18,436 bases of DNA from the NCBI GenBank assembly GCA_964415885.1, contig CAYQCE010000023.1, positions 33,950 to 52,385 of the forward strand. Direction: 5' to 3'. This stretch comes from an uncultured Ignavibacteria bacterium. Lineage in GTDB: Bacteria > Zixibacteria > MSB-5A5 > JAABVY01 > JAHJOQ01. The position numbers and the translations under genes are program-made. The number at the start of each line of letters is the position of its first letter. Position 1 is the stretch's first letter. This document shows positions 1 to 7,865 of this stretch, one piece after another. Below the pieces are notes generated by a model that saw nothing but the letters and a program-made list of their open reading frames with translations, had not been told where the DNA came from and did not search any database.

Positions 1-104
1 GCGAGAACGATGCGGATTGTCCCAGATGCGACGGAACAATCAGGAAAATCAAAATCTCGGGAAGATCAACTTACTTCTGCAACAAACATCAGAAACAACG
101 TTGA
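1..104 (+). CDS. 3' end (last ~33 codons) of a formamidopyrimidine/endonuclease VIII (Fpg/Nei) family DNA glycosylase; 5'-truncated by the window edge
   Basis: Frame 3 (codons from nt 3) reads ENDADCPRCDGTIRKIKISGRSTYFCNKHQKQR and stops at TGA 102-104. C-x2-C-x16-C-x2-H spacing plus 'GRSTYFC' match the C-terminal zinc ribbon of Fpg/Nei proteins. Too short for the ORF track because it runs off the 5' edge. Confidence 0.5.
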   Translation, partial: ENDADCPRCDGTIRKIKISGRSTYFCNKHQKQR

Positions 105-146
105 TCTGACTTCAGATGTATCGAGCAAATCCCCAGGGAGGTTGCT

Positions 147-1163
147 TTGACTATGGAAACAACATACAGCCCCGGACTGAAGAGACACATCCCTCGAGTC
201 GGACTCGGAACATGGGCTCTCGGCGGATGGATGTGGGGCGGAACAAAGAAAAACGAGCCAATCGACACCATCCTCACGGCAATCGACAAAGGAGTCACAC
301 TGATCGATACAGCCCCGGTATATGGCTTCGGTAAGTCCGAAGAACTCGTGGGCAAGGCTTTGAAAGAGCACGGCGACCGTGAGAGCATAACTCTTGTAAC
401 AAAGTGGGGTCTTGAATGGGACGAGGATGAAAACGTCGTTCGGAATTCATCGATGGAACGTCTCGAGAAGGAGCTCGATGACTCGCTCAAGCGGCTCGAC
501 ACGGACTATATCGATGTCTACCTCGTACACTGGCCCGACACTGCGGTGCCGTTCGAGGAGACCGCAGAGGGCATGAACAAGTTTCTCCAAAGAGGCAAAG
601 TCCGTTCAATAGGCGTAAGCAACTACAGTCCTGCGCAGATGGATGAGTTTCGAAAGATCGCTCCGATCCATTTCGCACAACCGCCATACAACCTGTTCGA
701 GCGAGAAATCGAACATGACGTGATGCCGTACTGCAAGAAGCACGACATTACGATGCTCGGCTATGGCGCTCTGTGTCGCGGAATGCTATCCGGCAACATG
801 TCGCCCGAGCAGACATTCGAAGGAGACGATCTGCGGAATATGGACCCCAGGTTTCAAGATCCACAATTCAAGGAGTACCTGGAGGCAGTCCGCAAACTCG
901 AAGAGTTTGCGATGCGCAACAACGCGCGGCATGTGATCCATCTCGCTGTTAGGTGGATACTCGACAAGGGCATGGACGTTGCCCTGTGGGGGGCGCGCAA
1001 ACCGGAACAGTTGGCACCGCTCGACAGGACATTCGGATGGAAGCTGGACCAAACCGCGCTCAAGGAGATTGATGATATCCTGAATGAGACGATCGAGGAG
1101 CCGGTGGGTGCCAGCTTCATGTCACCACCAACTCGCGGAGAATCGGAAGTAACCAGAGAGTAA
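147..1163 (+). CDS. aldo/keto reductase family oxidoreductase (AKR11/YhdN-like)
   Basis: 338 aa. N-terminal 'LGTWALGG', 'DTAPVYGFGKSEELVGKAL', 'YIDVYLVHWPD' and 'IGVSNYS' are typical AKR motifs. RBS GGGAGG at 135-140. The track start is TTG at 147; ATG at 153 (METTYSPG...) is an equally plausible start. Confidence 0.85.
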   Translation: MTMETTYSPGLKRHIPRVGLGTWALGGWMWGGTKKNEPIDTILTAIDKGVTLIDTAPVYGFGKSEELVGKALKEHGDRESITLVTKWGLEWDEDENVVRNSSMERLEKELDDSLKRLDTDYIDVYLVHWPDTAVPFEETAEGMNKFLQRGKVRSIGVSNYSPAQMDEFRKIAPIHFAQPPYNLFEREIEHDVMPYCKKHDITMLGYGALCRGMLSGNMSPEQTFEGDDLRNMDPRFQDPQFKEYLEAVRKLEEFAMRNNARHVIHLAVRWILDKGMDVALWGARKPEQLAPLDRTFGWKLDQTALKEIDDILNETIEEPVGASFMSPPTRGESEVTRE

Positions 1164-1184
1164 AGACACGGAGGTTTCTGAACA

Positions 1185-2171
1185 ATGGCCAGACTTGCCA
1201 TAAATGGATTCGGAAGAATTGGAAGAGCAGCATTCAAAATCGCACTCGACACGCCCGGACTCGAGGTCGTGGCGATCAACGACCTTATCCCGACCGACAA
1301 CCTCGCATATCTGCTCAAGTATGACACTGTATACGGGAGATTCGGCGGCACGGTCGAGCATGACAATGAGCATTTGAAGATAGACGGGACCAAATACAGA
1401 GTGTACGGCGAGAAAGATCCGGCAAATCTGCCGTGGAAGGACCTCGACGTGGACGTGGTCTTCGAGTGCACGGGCGTATTCACTAACAGCAAGGATCTTG
1501 AAAAGCATGTCAAGGCCGGCGCAAAGTATGCAATTCTTTCGGCACCTGCGAAAGATGAGTTGCCCACGATCGTTCATGGCGTGAACGACAAAGAGGGCGA
1601 AGCACCGAAGATGATGTCCCTCGCGAGCTGCACCACGAATTGTATCACGCCTGTCGTCGACATCGTCGGCCGCAGGATAGGCATCAAAAAAGCGATGATG
1701 ACAACGATCCACGCGTACACATCCTCGCAGTCGATCGTGGACGGCCCGCACAAGAAGCCTCGTCGCGGGCGCGCCGGAGCGGCCAATCTCGTGCCGACAT
1801 CGACGGGCGCTGCGCAAGCGACTACCAGGGCACTACCTCAGTATGAGGGCAAATTTGACGGGATCGCCGTGCGCGGACCGGTTCCGGTGGGTTCGGTTGC
1901 AGACATCACATTCATAACCGAACGTGATGTAACCGTAGACGAAGTCAACGATATCTTCCGGGATGAGGCCGGAAAATCGAACGGCATACTGGCTGCATCC
2001 GAAGATGAGATTGTCTCGTCGGACATTATCGGAGATCCGAGAGCATCGATTATCGACCTGACGATGACTCAGGTCGTCGACGGAGATATGCTGAAAGTTA
2101 TGGCCTGGTATGATAACGAATGGGGCTATGCCAGCCAGATGGTGCGCAAAGCTGTCGATCTGGTTGGGTAG
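1185..2171 (+). CDS. gap: type I glyceraldehyde-3-phosphate dehydrogenase (NAD-dependent)
   Basis: 328 aa. Rossmann 'INGFGRIGR', 'KYDTVYGRF', catalytic 'ASCTTNC' (Cys-His active site) and C-terminal 'WYDNEWGY'. Asp in 'AINDL' suggests NAD specificity. GGAGG-like RBS (acggaggtt) upstream. Confidence 0.92.
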   Translation: MARLAINGFGRIGRAAFKIALDTPGLEVVAINDLIPTDNLAYLLKYDTVYGRFGGTVEHDNEHLKIDGTKYRVYGEKDPANLPWKDLDVDVVFECTGVFTNSKDLEKHVKAGAKYAILSAPAKDELPTIVHGVNDKEGEAPKMMSLASCTTNCITPVVDIVGRRIGIKKAMMTTIHAYTSSQSIVDGPHKKPRRGRAGAANLVPTSTGAAQATTRALPQYEGKFDGIAVRGPVPVGSVADITFITERDVTVDEVNDIFRDEAGKSNGILAASEDEIVSSDIIGDPRASIIDLTMTQVVDGDMLKVMAWYDNEWGYASQMVRKAVDLVG

Positions 2172-2216
2172 CAAAAGTCAAACGTGAGTTCCAAGAAGAT
2201 CAGGAGGTCAACATAG

Positions 2217-2987
2217 ATGGGTAGAGTAGATGGCAAAGTGGCAGTCGTGACAGGCGGATCGAAAGGAATCGGAAAGGCAACGGCACGCTTGCTCGCCGAT
2301 GAAGGTGCGAAAGTCGCGGTTACAGATATCGCAGATGAGAAAGGCCGGGAAGTAGTCAAAGAGATAAACAAGAACGGCGGAGAGGCCGAGTACTACCATC
2401 TCGATGTCGCGAAGGAAGACGATGTCAAAGAGTGTTTCCGCAAAGTCAAAGACAAGTTCGGTAAGATCGATGTGCTGGTGAACAACGCAGGTATTGCCGG
2501 ACCGGATAAACCAACCCATGAGATTGACGAAGAGGAATGGAATAAGCTGATGGGCGTAAACGTCAACGGAGTCTTCCTCTGCACGAAACACGCGATACCC
2601 TATATGAAGGAGGCCGGTGGCGGTAGTATAGTGAACCTCTCGTCGATATACGGAATAGTCAGTGCGCCGGATATTCCGGCATATCATGCATCGAAAGGCG
2701 CGGTCCGAATGATGAGCAAAACGGATGCGCTCTATTATGCTGACGATAATATCCGTGTCAACTCGGTGCATCCCGGATATGTCTGGACTCCGCTCGTCGA
2801 GCAACTCGGCAAAGAATCAGACATGGGTGTGGAGAAATTCCGCGAACATCTGGACAGCCTGCATCCGATAGGGCATGTGGGCGAGCCAAACGACATCGCG
2901 TATGGTATTCTGTATCTCGCCTCCGATGAGTCCAAGTTCACGACCGGTAGCGAACTAGTGATAGACGGTGGATACACGGCGAGGTAG
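2217..2987 (+). CDS. short-chain dehydrogenase/reductase (SDR) family oxidoreductase
   Basis: 256 aa. 'VAVVTGGSKGIGKA' (TGxxxGxG cofactor motif), 'NNAG', catalytic 'YHASKGAV' (YxxxK) and 'PGYVWTP'. RBS AGGAGG at 2197-2202. Confidence 0.88.
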   Translation: MGRVDGKVAVVTGGSKGIGKATARLLADEGAKVAVTDIADEKGREVVKEINKNGGEAEYYHLDVAKEDDVKECFRKVKDKFGKIDVLVNNAGIAGPDKPTHEIDEEEWNKLMGVNVNGVFLCTKHAIPYMKEAGGGSIVNLSSIYGIVSAPDIPAYHASKGAVRMMSKTDALYYADDNIRVNSVHPGYVWTPLVEQLGKESDMGVEKFREHLDSLHPIGHVGEPNDIAYGILYLASDESKFTTGSELVIDGGYTAR

Positions 2988-3006
2988 ATGTTTGAATCAA
3001 CAAAAG

Positions 3007-3060
3007 ACGCGCCCCATTACGATCTTTTCCCGGGGACTCGAAAGGACGCGGGGCGCGTCC
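3007..3060 (+). terminator. GC-rich hairpin(s) downstream of the SDR gene; possible intrinsic terminator
   Basis: GACGCGCCCC (3007-3016) is the exact reverse complement of GGGGCGCGTC (3050-3059). An alternative compact hairpin is GGACGCG (3044-3050) / CGCGTCC (3054-3060) with loop GGG. Only a weak T-tract follows (tgatt). Confidence 0.35.
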
Positions 3061-3106
3061 TGATTAAAGTCCTTGAAACGGCCATTTGGAAGCGGCGGAA
3101 GAAATC

Positions 3107-3841
3107 ATGAGTAGAGGGAAGATACACATAGGAACCTCAGGCTGGCAGTATGATCACTGGACCGACAATTTCTATCCCGGCGATCTCAAGAACGATGAAA
3201 AACTCGATTTCTACGCCGACAGGCTTGATTCGGTCGAGGTCAACAACTCGTTCTACAATCTTCCGAAGAAGGAGACATTAAAGAACTGGCGCAAGACTGT
3301 GCCGAGCGATTTCGTGTTTTCGGTCAAGGCGAGCCGATACATAACGCATATGAAGAAGCTGAACGATCCCGAGGAGTCGACGAATCGGTTTCTGACACGA
3401 ATTAAAGAACTCGGCAGCAAACTCGGACCGGTGCTGTTTCAGTTACCACCGAACTGGAAAGCCAATCGAGAGCGTCTCTCGGATTTTCTGTCACTTCTCC
3501 CAAAACATGTTCGACCAGTTATGGAGTTCAGAGAGGAAAGCTGGTTCGACAATGATGTCTACGATATTCTTCGAGATGCAAACGCTGCAATGTGCGTCTA
3601 TGATCTCGAGAAGGAAAAGACCCCGAATGCGGTGACGGCAGACTTCGTCTATATCAGGCTCCACGGTCCTGAGGAAGAGGCATACAGAGGAAAGTATAAC
3701 AAGCAGGCGCTATCCGGGTGGGCCGGAGCAATTTCAATATGGCGAGACAGGGGGCTGGATGTCTTCTGCTATTTCAACAATGACGACAGCGGATTTGCAG
3801 TGGAAAACGCGCTCGACTTGAGAGAGATGACCGATGCGTGA
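3107..3841 (+). CDS. DUF72 (YecE-like, UPF0759) family protein
   Basis: N-terminus 'KIHIGTSGWQYDHWTDNFYP' is the DUF72 signature (IGTSGW..W...FYP). The track ORF starts at ATG 3086; the internal ATG 3107 (MSRGK...) has a GGAAG RBS 5 nt upstream and gives the usual DUF72 N-terminus. Confidence 0.8.
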   Translation: MSRGKIHIGTSGWQYDHWTDNFYPGDLKNDEKLDFYADRLDSVEVNNSFYNLPKKETLKNWRKTVPSDFVFSVKASRYITHMKKLNDPEESTNRFLTRIKELGSKLGPVLFQLPPNWKANRERLSDFLSLLPKHVRPVMEFREESWFDNDVYDILRDANAAMCVYDLEKEKTPNAVTADFVYIRLHGPEEEAYRGKYNKQALSGWAGAISIWRDRGLDVFCYFNNDDSGFAVENALDLREMTDA

Positions 3842-4010
3842 CTCGTCAACTTACGAATTGCCAGAGATTTACGAACATCCGAGCCCGAGTCTTGTTCTAT
3901 TATATGGAAAGTGGATTAACTTGTAGCAACTCAATCTAAAAGACCAACCTGGAATCTGAACCTATAACTGACCTGGTCTGAGAAGATCGAGTCTTCCTCT
4001 GCGGGAGGTT

Positions 4011-5375
4011 GTGAAAAAACCAATTATGCGGGTACTTCTTGTAACAAACTCAGATGAAACCAAGCCCCGTCTCCAGAAGCTATTGTCAGACTACGAGCCC
4101 GAAATCAAATCCGTGAGTTCGTTGCCTTACGTTTCGAACGCGTTCAAGGCCAGTCAATACGACATAATGCTTCTCAACAGCGAATGCTGTTCCACGAACG
4201 GAAACGGATTCTCGGCCGCCATAAGCACGATCTCTACCGAATCCCCGCGAACACGGGTCATACTTCTCGTCAGGCCGGAAGATATCGAGGTAGCAATGAA
4301 GGGGCTTAGAGCGGGATCATACCAGTACGTCAGACTTCCCGTCAGTGACGAGGAGTTGAAATCTCTACTGACTACAGCTTACGATCTGAATCCGAGAACT
4401 CAATCGGATAGACTGTCGCTGAAAGCAAAGCGAGACAGCCGACTCGGAAAGCTTCTCGGGAGATCCAGCCGAATGCACGCCATTTTCGAGAAGATTCACA
4501 CTGCCGCCGATAACGACATTCCGGTGCTCCTGACCGGAGAAACCGGAACGGGCAAGGACCTCGTCGCCCGCACAATACATGACTTGAGCGAGCGCAAAAA
4601 GTCAGATTTCATCCCGGTAAATCTTGGGGCTCTGCCGATGGAGCTTGTGGCGAGCGAACTATTCGGCCACGAGAAGGGAGCGTTCACCGGTGCGACGGAT
4701 CAACGCAGTGGTGTTTTCGAGAGAGGATCCAAGGGGACGGTTTTTCTCGATGAGATAGACTGCATCGATGAAAAGGTGCGCGTGAGTCTTCTGCGACTGA
4801 TTGAAGAAAAGGAATTCCGACGTCTTGGCGGCAAGCAGACTATCGACAGCAACGCCCGGTTGATCACAGCGACCAACTCCGATCTCGAGAGACTTGTGAA
4901 AGAGGGCAAGTTCAGGGAGGACTTGTACTATCGTCTCGATGTCTTCAGAATCAATCTGCCTCCGCTGAGGGAAAGACGCGAGGACATCCCCTTAATTATC
5001 GATGACCTCATATCCAGGTTCAATAAGAGCCTGAATAAGCGAGTACGAAGTATTGCCCCGAACGTTATGGAGATACTCCAGGTGTATGAGTGGCCGGGTA
5101 ATGTACGCGAGCTCAGAAATGTCATCCAGCGAACGATGCTTGTTTGCAGCGATGGAAAAATAAAAGAAGAGCATCTGCCGGGACGACTGCGGAGCGATGA
5201 TGTCAGAAAGCCGAAAGTGACATTTCCGGTCGGAACCCCGCTCGACCAGGTTGAACGTGATATGATACTCCGCTGCCTATCTGTGACCGGCAACAACCGC
5301 ACGAGAGCCGCTGAGCTTCTCGGAATCAGCAGACGAGCACTCTACAACAAGCTCAAGACACACAAGATAAACTGA
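4011..5375 (+). CDS. sigma-54-dependent transcriptional activator (NtrC family AAA+ enhancer-binding protein) with a degenerate, probably non-phosphorylatable N-terminal receiver domain
   Basis: Walker A 'GETGTGKD', 'ESELFGHEKGAFTGA' (GAFTGA sigma-54 contact loop), Walker B 'VFLDEID', 'WPGNVRELRNVIQR', C-terminal Fis-type HTH 'RTRAAELLGISRRALYNKLK'. In the N-terminal receiver-like region the acidic pair is 'TNSDE', the phospho-acceptor position reads 'DIMLLNSE' (Asn instead of Asp), and K-P is replaced by 'VRLP'. Start is GTG 4011 (RBS GGGAGG 4003-4008) or ATG 4026. Confidence 0.9.
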   Translation: MKKPIMRVLLVTNSDETKPRLQKLLSDYEPEIKSVSSLPYVSNAFKASQYDIMLLNSECCSTNGNGFSAAISTISTESPRTRVILLVRPEDIEVAMKGLRAGSYQYVRLPVSDEELKSLLTTAYDLNPRTQSDRLSLKAKRDSRLGKLLGRSSRMHAIFEKIHTAADNDIPVLLTGETGTGKDLVARTIHDLSERKKSDFIPVNLGALPMELVASELFGHEKGAFTGATDQRSGVFERGSKGTVFLDEIDCIDEKVRVSLLRLIEEKEFRRLGGKQTIDSNARLITATNSDLERLVKEGKFREDLYYRLDVFRINLPPLRERREDIPLIIDDLISRFNKSLNKRVRSIAPNVMEILQVYEWPGNVRELRNVIQRTMLVCSDGKIKEEHLPGRLRSDDVRKPKVTFPVGTPLDQVERDMILRCLSVTGNNRTRAAELLGISRRALYNKLKTHKIN

Positions 5376-5385
5376 TCCGCGGAGT

Positions 5386-5403
5386 GTGTACCGTTACTTC
5401 ACA
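5386..5403. promoter_or_regulatory. imperfect inverted repeat GTGTACC-gttac-TTCACA (motif copy A); candidate operator
   Basis: Between the sigma-54 activator stop and the receiver gene. Shares 13 of 18 positions with copy C at 11148-11165. Confidence 0.3.
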
Positions 5404-5585
5404 CAAGCGCCTCAGCTAGTCCGTTAAGTGTTGCCTCGCGTCCTTACGCAGTCGCATCCGAAAAGGAACCCGCTATTCGCCTTGGACTTACACGAACGCC
5501 CTCCCGACTCGGCATGAAACTTGTTAAGAACCTGCGGTAGACAATGAACCCGATTTCTCGCAACTCGAGACGGAAGGCTTGGGCA

Positions 5586-5933
5586 ATGCTGAAAATACTC
5601 GTAGTGGAGGATCTTGACGATGGTCGATTGGTTGATTCGCTGATAGGGCTTGGCTTTGCCCCGGTGGCGCGTGATAAAATGCACCAGGCCCTGATCAAGC
5701 TCGAGCGCGGCAGTTTCTCGTTCATCGTTCTGGATAGAGAATATGAGGCCATCGATCCTCTCGAGTTTGTTCTCAATGTACGCGAAAAAGACAACAGCAT
5801 TCCTGTTATAATCGTGGGGAACTCAGAGGATAAACCGTACAATGATCTGCTGCGCAACCAGAGAAATGTTCACACGCTTGCCGAGGTCGATAGCCTGAGC
5901 AACGGAGAGTTGATGTCAATATTGCGCCATTGA
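5586..5933 (+). CDS. single-domain CheY-like response-regulator receiver protein (atypical C-terminal half)
   Basis: 'MLKILVVEDLDDG' acidic cluster and 'FSFIVLD' (putative phospho-Asp), but no clear T/S and K signature in the C-terminal half. The track start is ATG 5544 with no RBS; ATG 5586 has GGAAGG 8 nt upstream and gives the canonical receiver N-terminus. Confidence 0.6.
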   Translation: MLKILVVEDLDDGRLVDSLIGLGFAPVARDKMHQALIKLERGSFSFIVLDREYEAIDPLEFVLNVREKDNSIPVIIVGNSEDKPYNDLLRNQRNVHTLAEVDSLSNGELMSILRH

Positions 5934-5988
5934 GCGAGATACACGAGATCGTTAACTGCTGAACAACATATGAAGTGGAGGTTGTATA

Positions 5989-6354
5989 ATGTACGAAGTT
6001 ATAGAGAGCAAAGAAGACAAGTTAGAGATCCTGTTCAACGGACAGGTTACACAGGAGGACTTCCAGCAGGTGGCACATCACATAGAATCGATGTGCGCAG
6101 CACACCAGAATGTGAATGTTCTCTTCGACTTCTCAGGTGCTGGGAAGATCGATCCGAACGCAATCCCCGAGGAGCACAGATCATTCAAGAAGAACTCGGA
6201 GAAATTCGACCGTTTTGCGGTGGTCGGCAACGAGGATATCGTCCAGAAATTCTCTGACAAAATGAAAGCGCTGACGAACGTGCAGGTTACGCCATACCCT
6301 GAAGAACAAATCGATGAGGCCCGCAGGTTCATATTCCCGAGCCCGCTTCCGTAG
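5989..6354 (+). CDS. SpoIIAA-like / STAS-fold protein (DUF3478-like); possible partner-switching or regulatory component
   Basis: 121 aa. 'YEVIESKEDKLEILFNGQVTQEDFQQV...FDFSGAGKIDPNA...FAVVGNEDIV' matches the layout of SpoIIAA-like (STAS_2) small proteins as I recall them. RBS GGAGG 8 nt upstream. Confidence 0.5.
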   Translation: MYEVIESKEDKLEILFNGQVTQEDFQQVAHHIESMCAAHQNVNVLFDFSGAGKIDPNAIPEEHRSFKKNSEKFDRFAVVGNEDIVQKFSDKMKALTNVQVTPYPEEQIDEARRFIFPSPLP

Positions 6355-6457
6355 TACGACGGCCGTACGATATTTCTGTCGGTGACAGAGTACTACTGAT
6401 GCTCGCTCGCGCTGTTTTTGTTGCGGACAGTCACCTCTGTGGATAGTAAATTATGTC

Positions 6458-7540
6458 ATGACCGGAAATTCAGACAACAACAAGCCTCGCAATTACCTGA
6501 GCAAAATCGTAGTCGCGTTCGCGGCTGCTCTGCTTCTCGCGGGGCTGGTCTATGTTTTCTATCATGTCAGCTACATGTTGCTCATGGTCTTCGCGGGAAT
6601 ATTGCTCGGCGTATTCCTCGACGGGCTGGCAACACTACTGCGCAATCACATACGTATGCCCCGGTGGCTTGCGCTTACACTCGTCTCGCTCGTCATTCTC
6701 CTTCTGTTGACTGCTGTCGGCTGGTTTGCCGGTCCGCGTCTGGCAAACCAGTTCGCCAGATTGGCGGAGTTGATACCGAACTCGATACAGAGCCTAATGA
6801 ATAAGCTCACGCAGTATGAATGGGGTCAGAATCTGCTGGCGGACAAACCCAGCGCTCGGGAAATCCTGCCTCCGGTGTCGGAAATCGTAGGCAGCATTAA
6901 AGGCATCTTCTCCACAACACTCGGTACTCTCACGACAGTGTTGATCATACTGTTTATCGGAATCTACACAGCGGCCGACCCGAATGTTTATATCGACAAT
7001 GGTCTTCGACTGGTTCCGAAGAAGAATCGAGGAAGAGCTCGAGAGATAGTTCACTCGATCGGAAATGCAATGCGCTGGTGGCTCGCAGGCCGATTCGCCT
7101 CGATGGCGATAGTCGGTCTTCTCACGGCCGGAGCGATGGCGATTATCGGAATCCCACTCGCGCTCACGCTTGGTTTCATAGCGGCGGTCTTGTCTTTCGT
7201 GCCATACATAGGTCCAATCACGTCGGCAATCCCCGCAGTTCTGGTTGCGCTCACGGTAGATCCCATCCTCACTCTTTGGGTAATTGCGGCATACATCGTC
7301 GTACAGGCAATCGAAAGCTATCTCATCACGCCAATAATCCAGCAGCGCGCAATTTCGATTCCGCCGGTTCTATTGATTACCGGTCAGATTTTGATGGGAG
7401 TACTGGCTGGTCTTGCAGGCGTGTTCCTCGCAACACCACTCGTGGTCATAATAATCGTGCTCATCCAGACACTGTACGTTCAAGACACGCTCGGAGAGGA
7501 TGTCAAAATCATGGGCGTGCACGGAAAAGAACAAAACTGA
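6458..7540 (+). CDS. AI-2E family transporter (PerM/YhhT-like, UPF0118) integral membrane protein
   Basis: 360 aa, about 8 predicted hydrophobic helices, size and layout typical of the AI-2E family. Conserved-looking 'ITPIIQQRAISIPPVLLI' segment near TM7. Confidence 0.6.
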   Translation: MTGNSDNNKPRNYLSKIVVAFAAALLLAGLVYVFYHVSYMLLMVFAGILLGVFLDGLATLLRNHIRMPRWLALTLVSLVILLLLTAVGWFAGPRLANQFARLAELIPNSIQSLMNKLTQYEWGQNLLADKPSAREILPPVSEIVGSIKGIFSTTLGTLTTVLIILFIGIYTAADPNVYIDNGLRLVPKKNRGRAREIVHSIGNAMRWWLAGRFASMAIVGLLTAGAMAIIGIPLALTLGFIAAVLSFVPYIGPITSAIPAVLVALTVDPILTLWVIAAYIVVQAIESYLITPIIQQRAISIPPVLLITGQILMGVLAGLAGVFLATPLVVIIIVLIQTLYVQDTLGEDVKIMGVHGKEQN

Positions 7541-7605
7541 TTTACCACTATAACAACTTATTGTACTGTTGCTTCACATTAACCGTATATATCGAATACA
7601 GGCTG

Positions 7606-7620
7606 TGTGAATTCTTCACA
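7606..7620. promoter_or_regulatory. inverted repeat TGTGAA-ttc-TTCACA (motif copy B; same half-sites, shorter spacer)
   Basis: Half-sites are exact reverse complements, and the TGTGA/TCACA type is the CRP/FNR-family half-site. Lies ~250 bp upstream of the first BON gene and ~110 bp upstream of the sigma-54-like element at 7728. Confidence 0.25.
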
Positions 7621-7865
7621 AACAGGTATTCCGAAGGTCCCGATACGCGGCCTTACCTGCCCTGACGACTGACGATCTTCCCACAACTCACTGTCGCCTC
7701 ACACCTTATGCCAACACAGACCACCGTTGGCATGTTTCTTGTACTTATACCTCAAGTGTAACCAAACTCCTGCGTGACACAATCGTCACGGATCAAACGA
7801 ATGGAAATCAGATGCAGGAATGCACTATCGTTTGATTTGAAGTTTGAAGGAGGGAAACGAAAGAG

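Noticed and set aside
854-1817. Long minus-strand ORFs (854..1567, 1122..1817; similarly 8268..9038, 9943..10581, 12648..13325, 16238..16975) antisense to the called genes
   Set aside because: They overlap well-supported plus-strand genes with strong family motifs, have no RBS, and give low-complexity Ser/Arg/Leu-rich translations typical of antisense frames in GC-biased DNA.
7830-7856. Short direct repeat tttgaag-tttgaag and a 7-bp stem (caaacga…tcgtttg) just upstream of the first BON gene
   Set aside because: Too short and AT-rich to distinguish from chance. They overlap the RBS region and there are no further copies.
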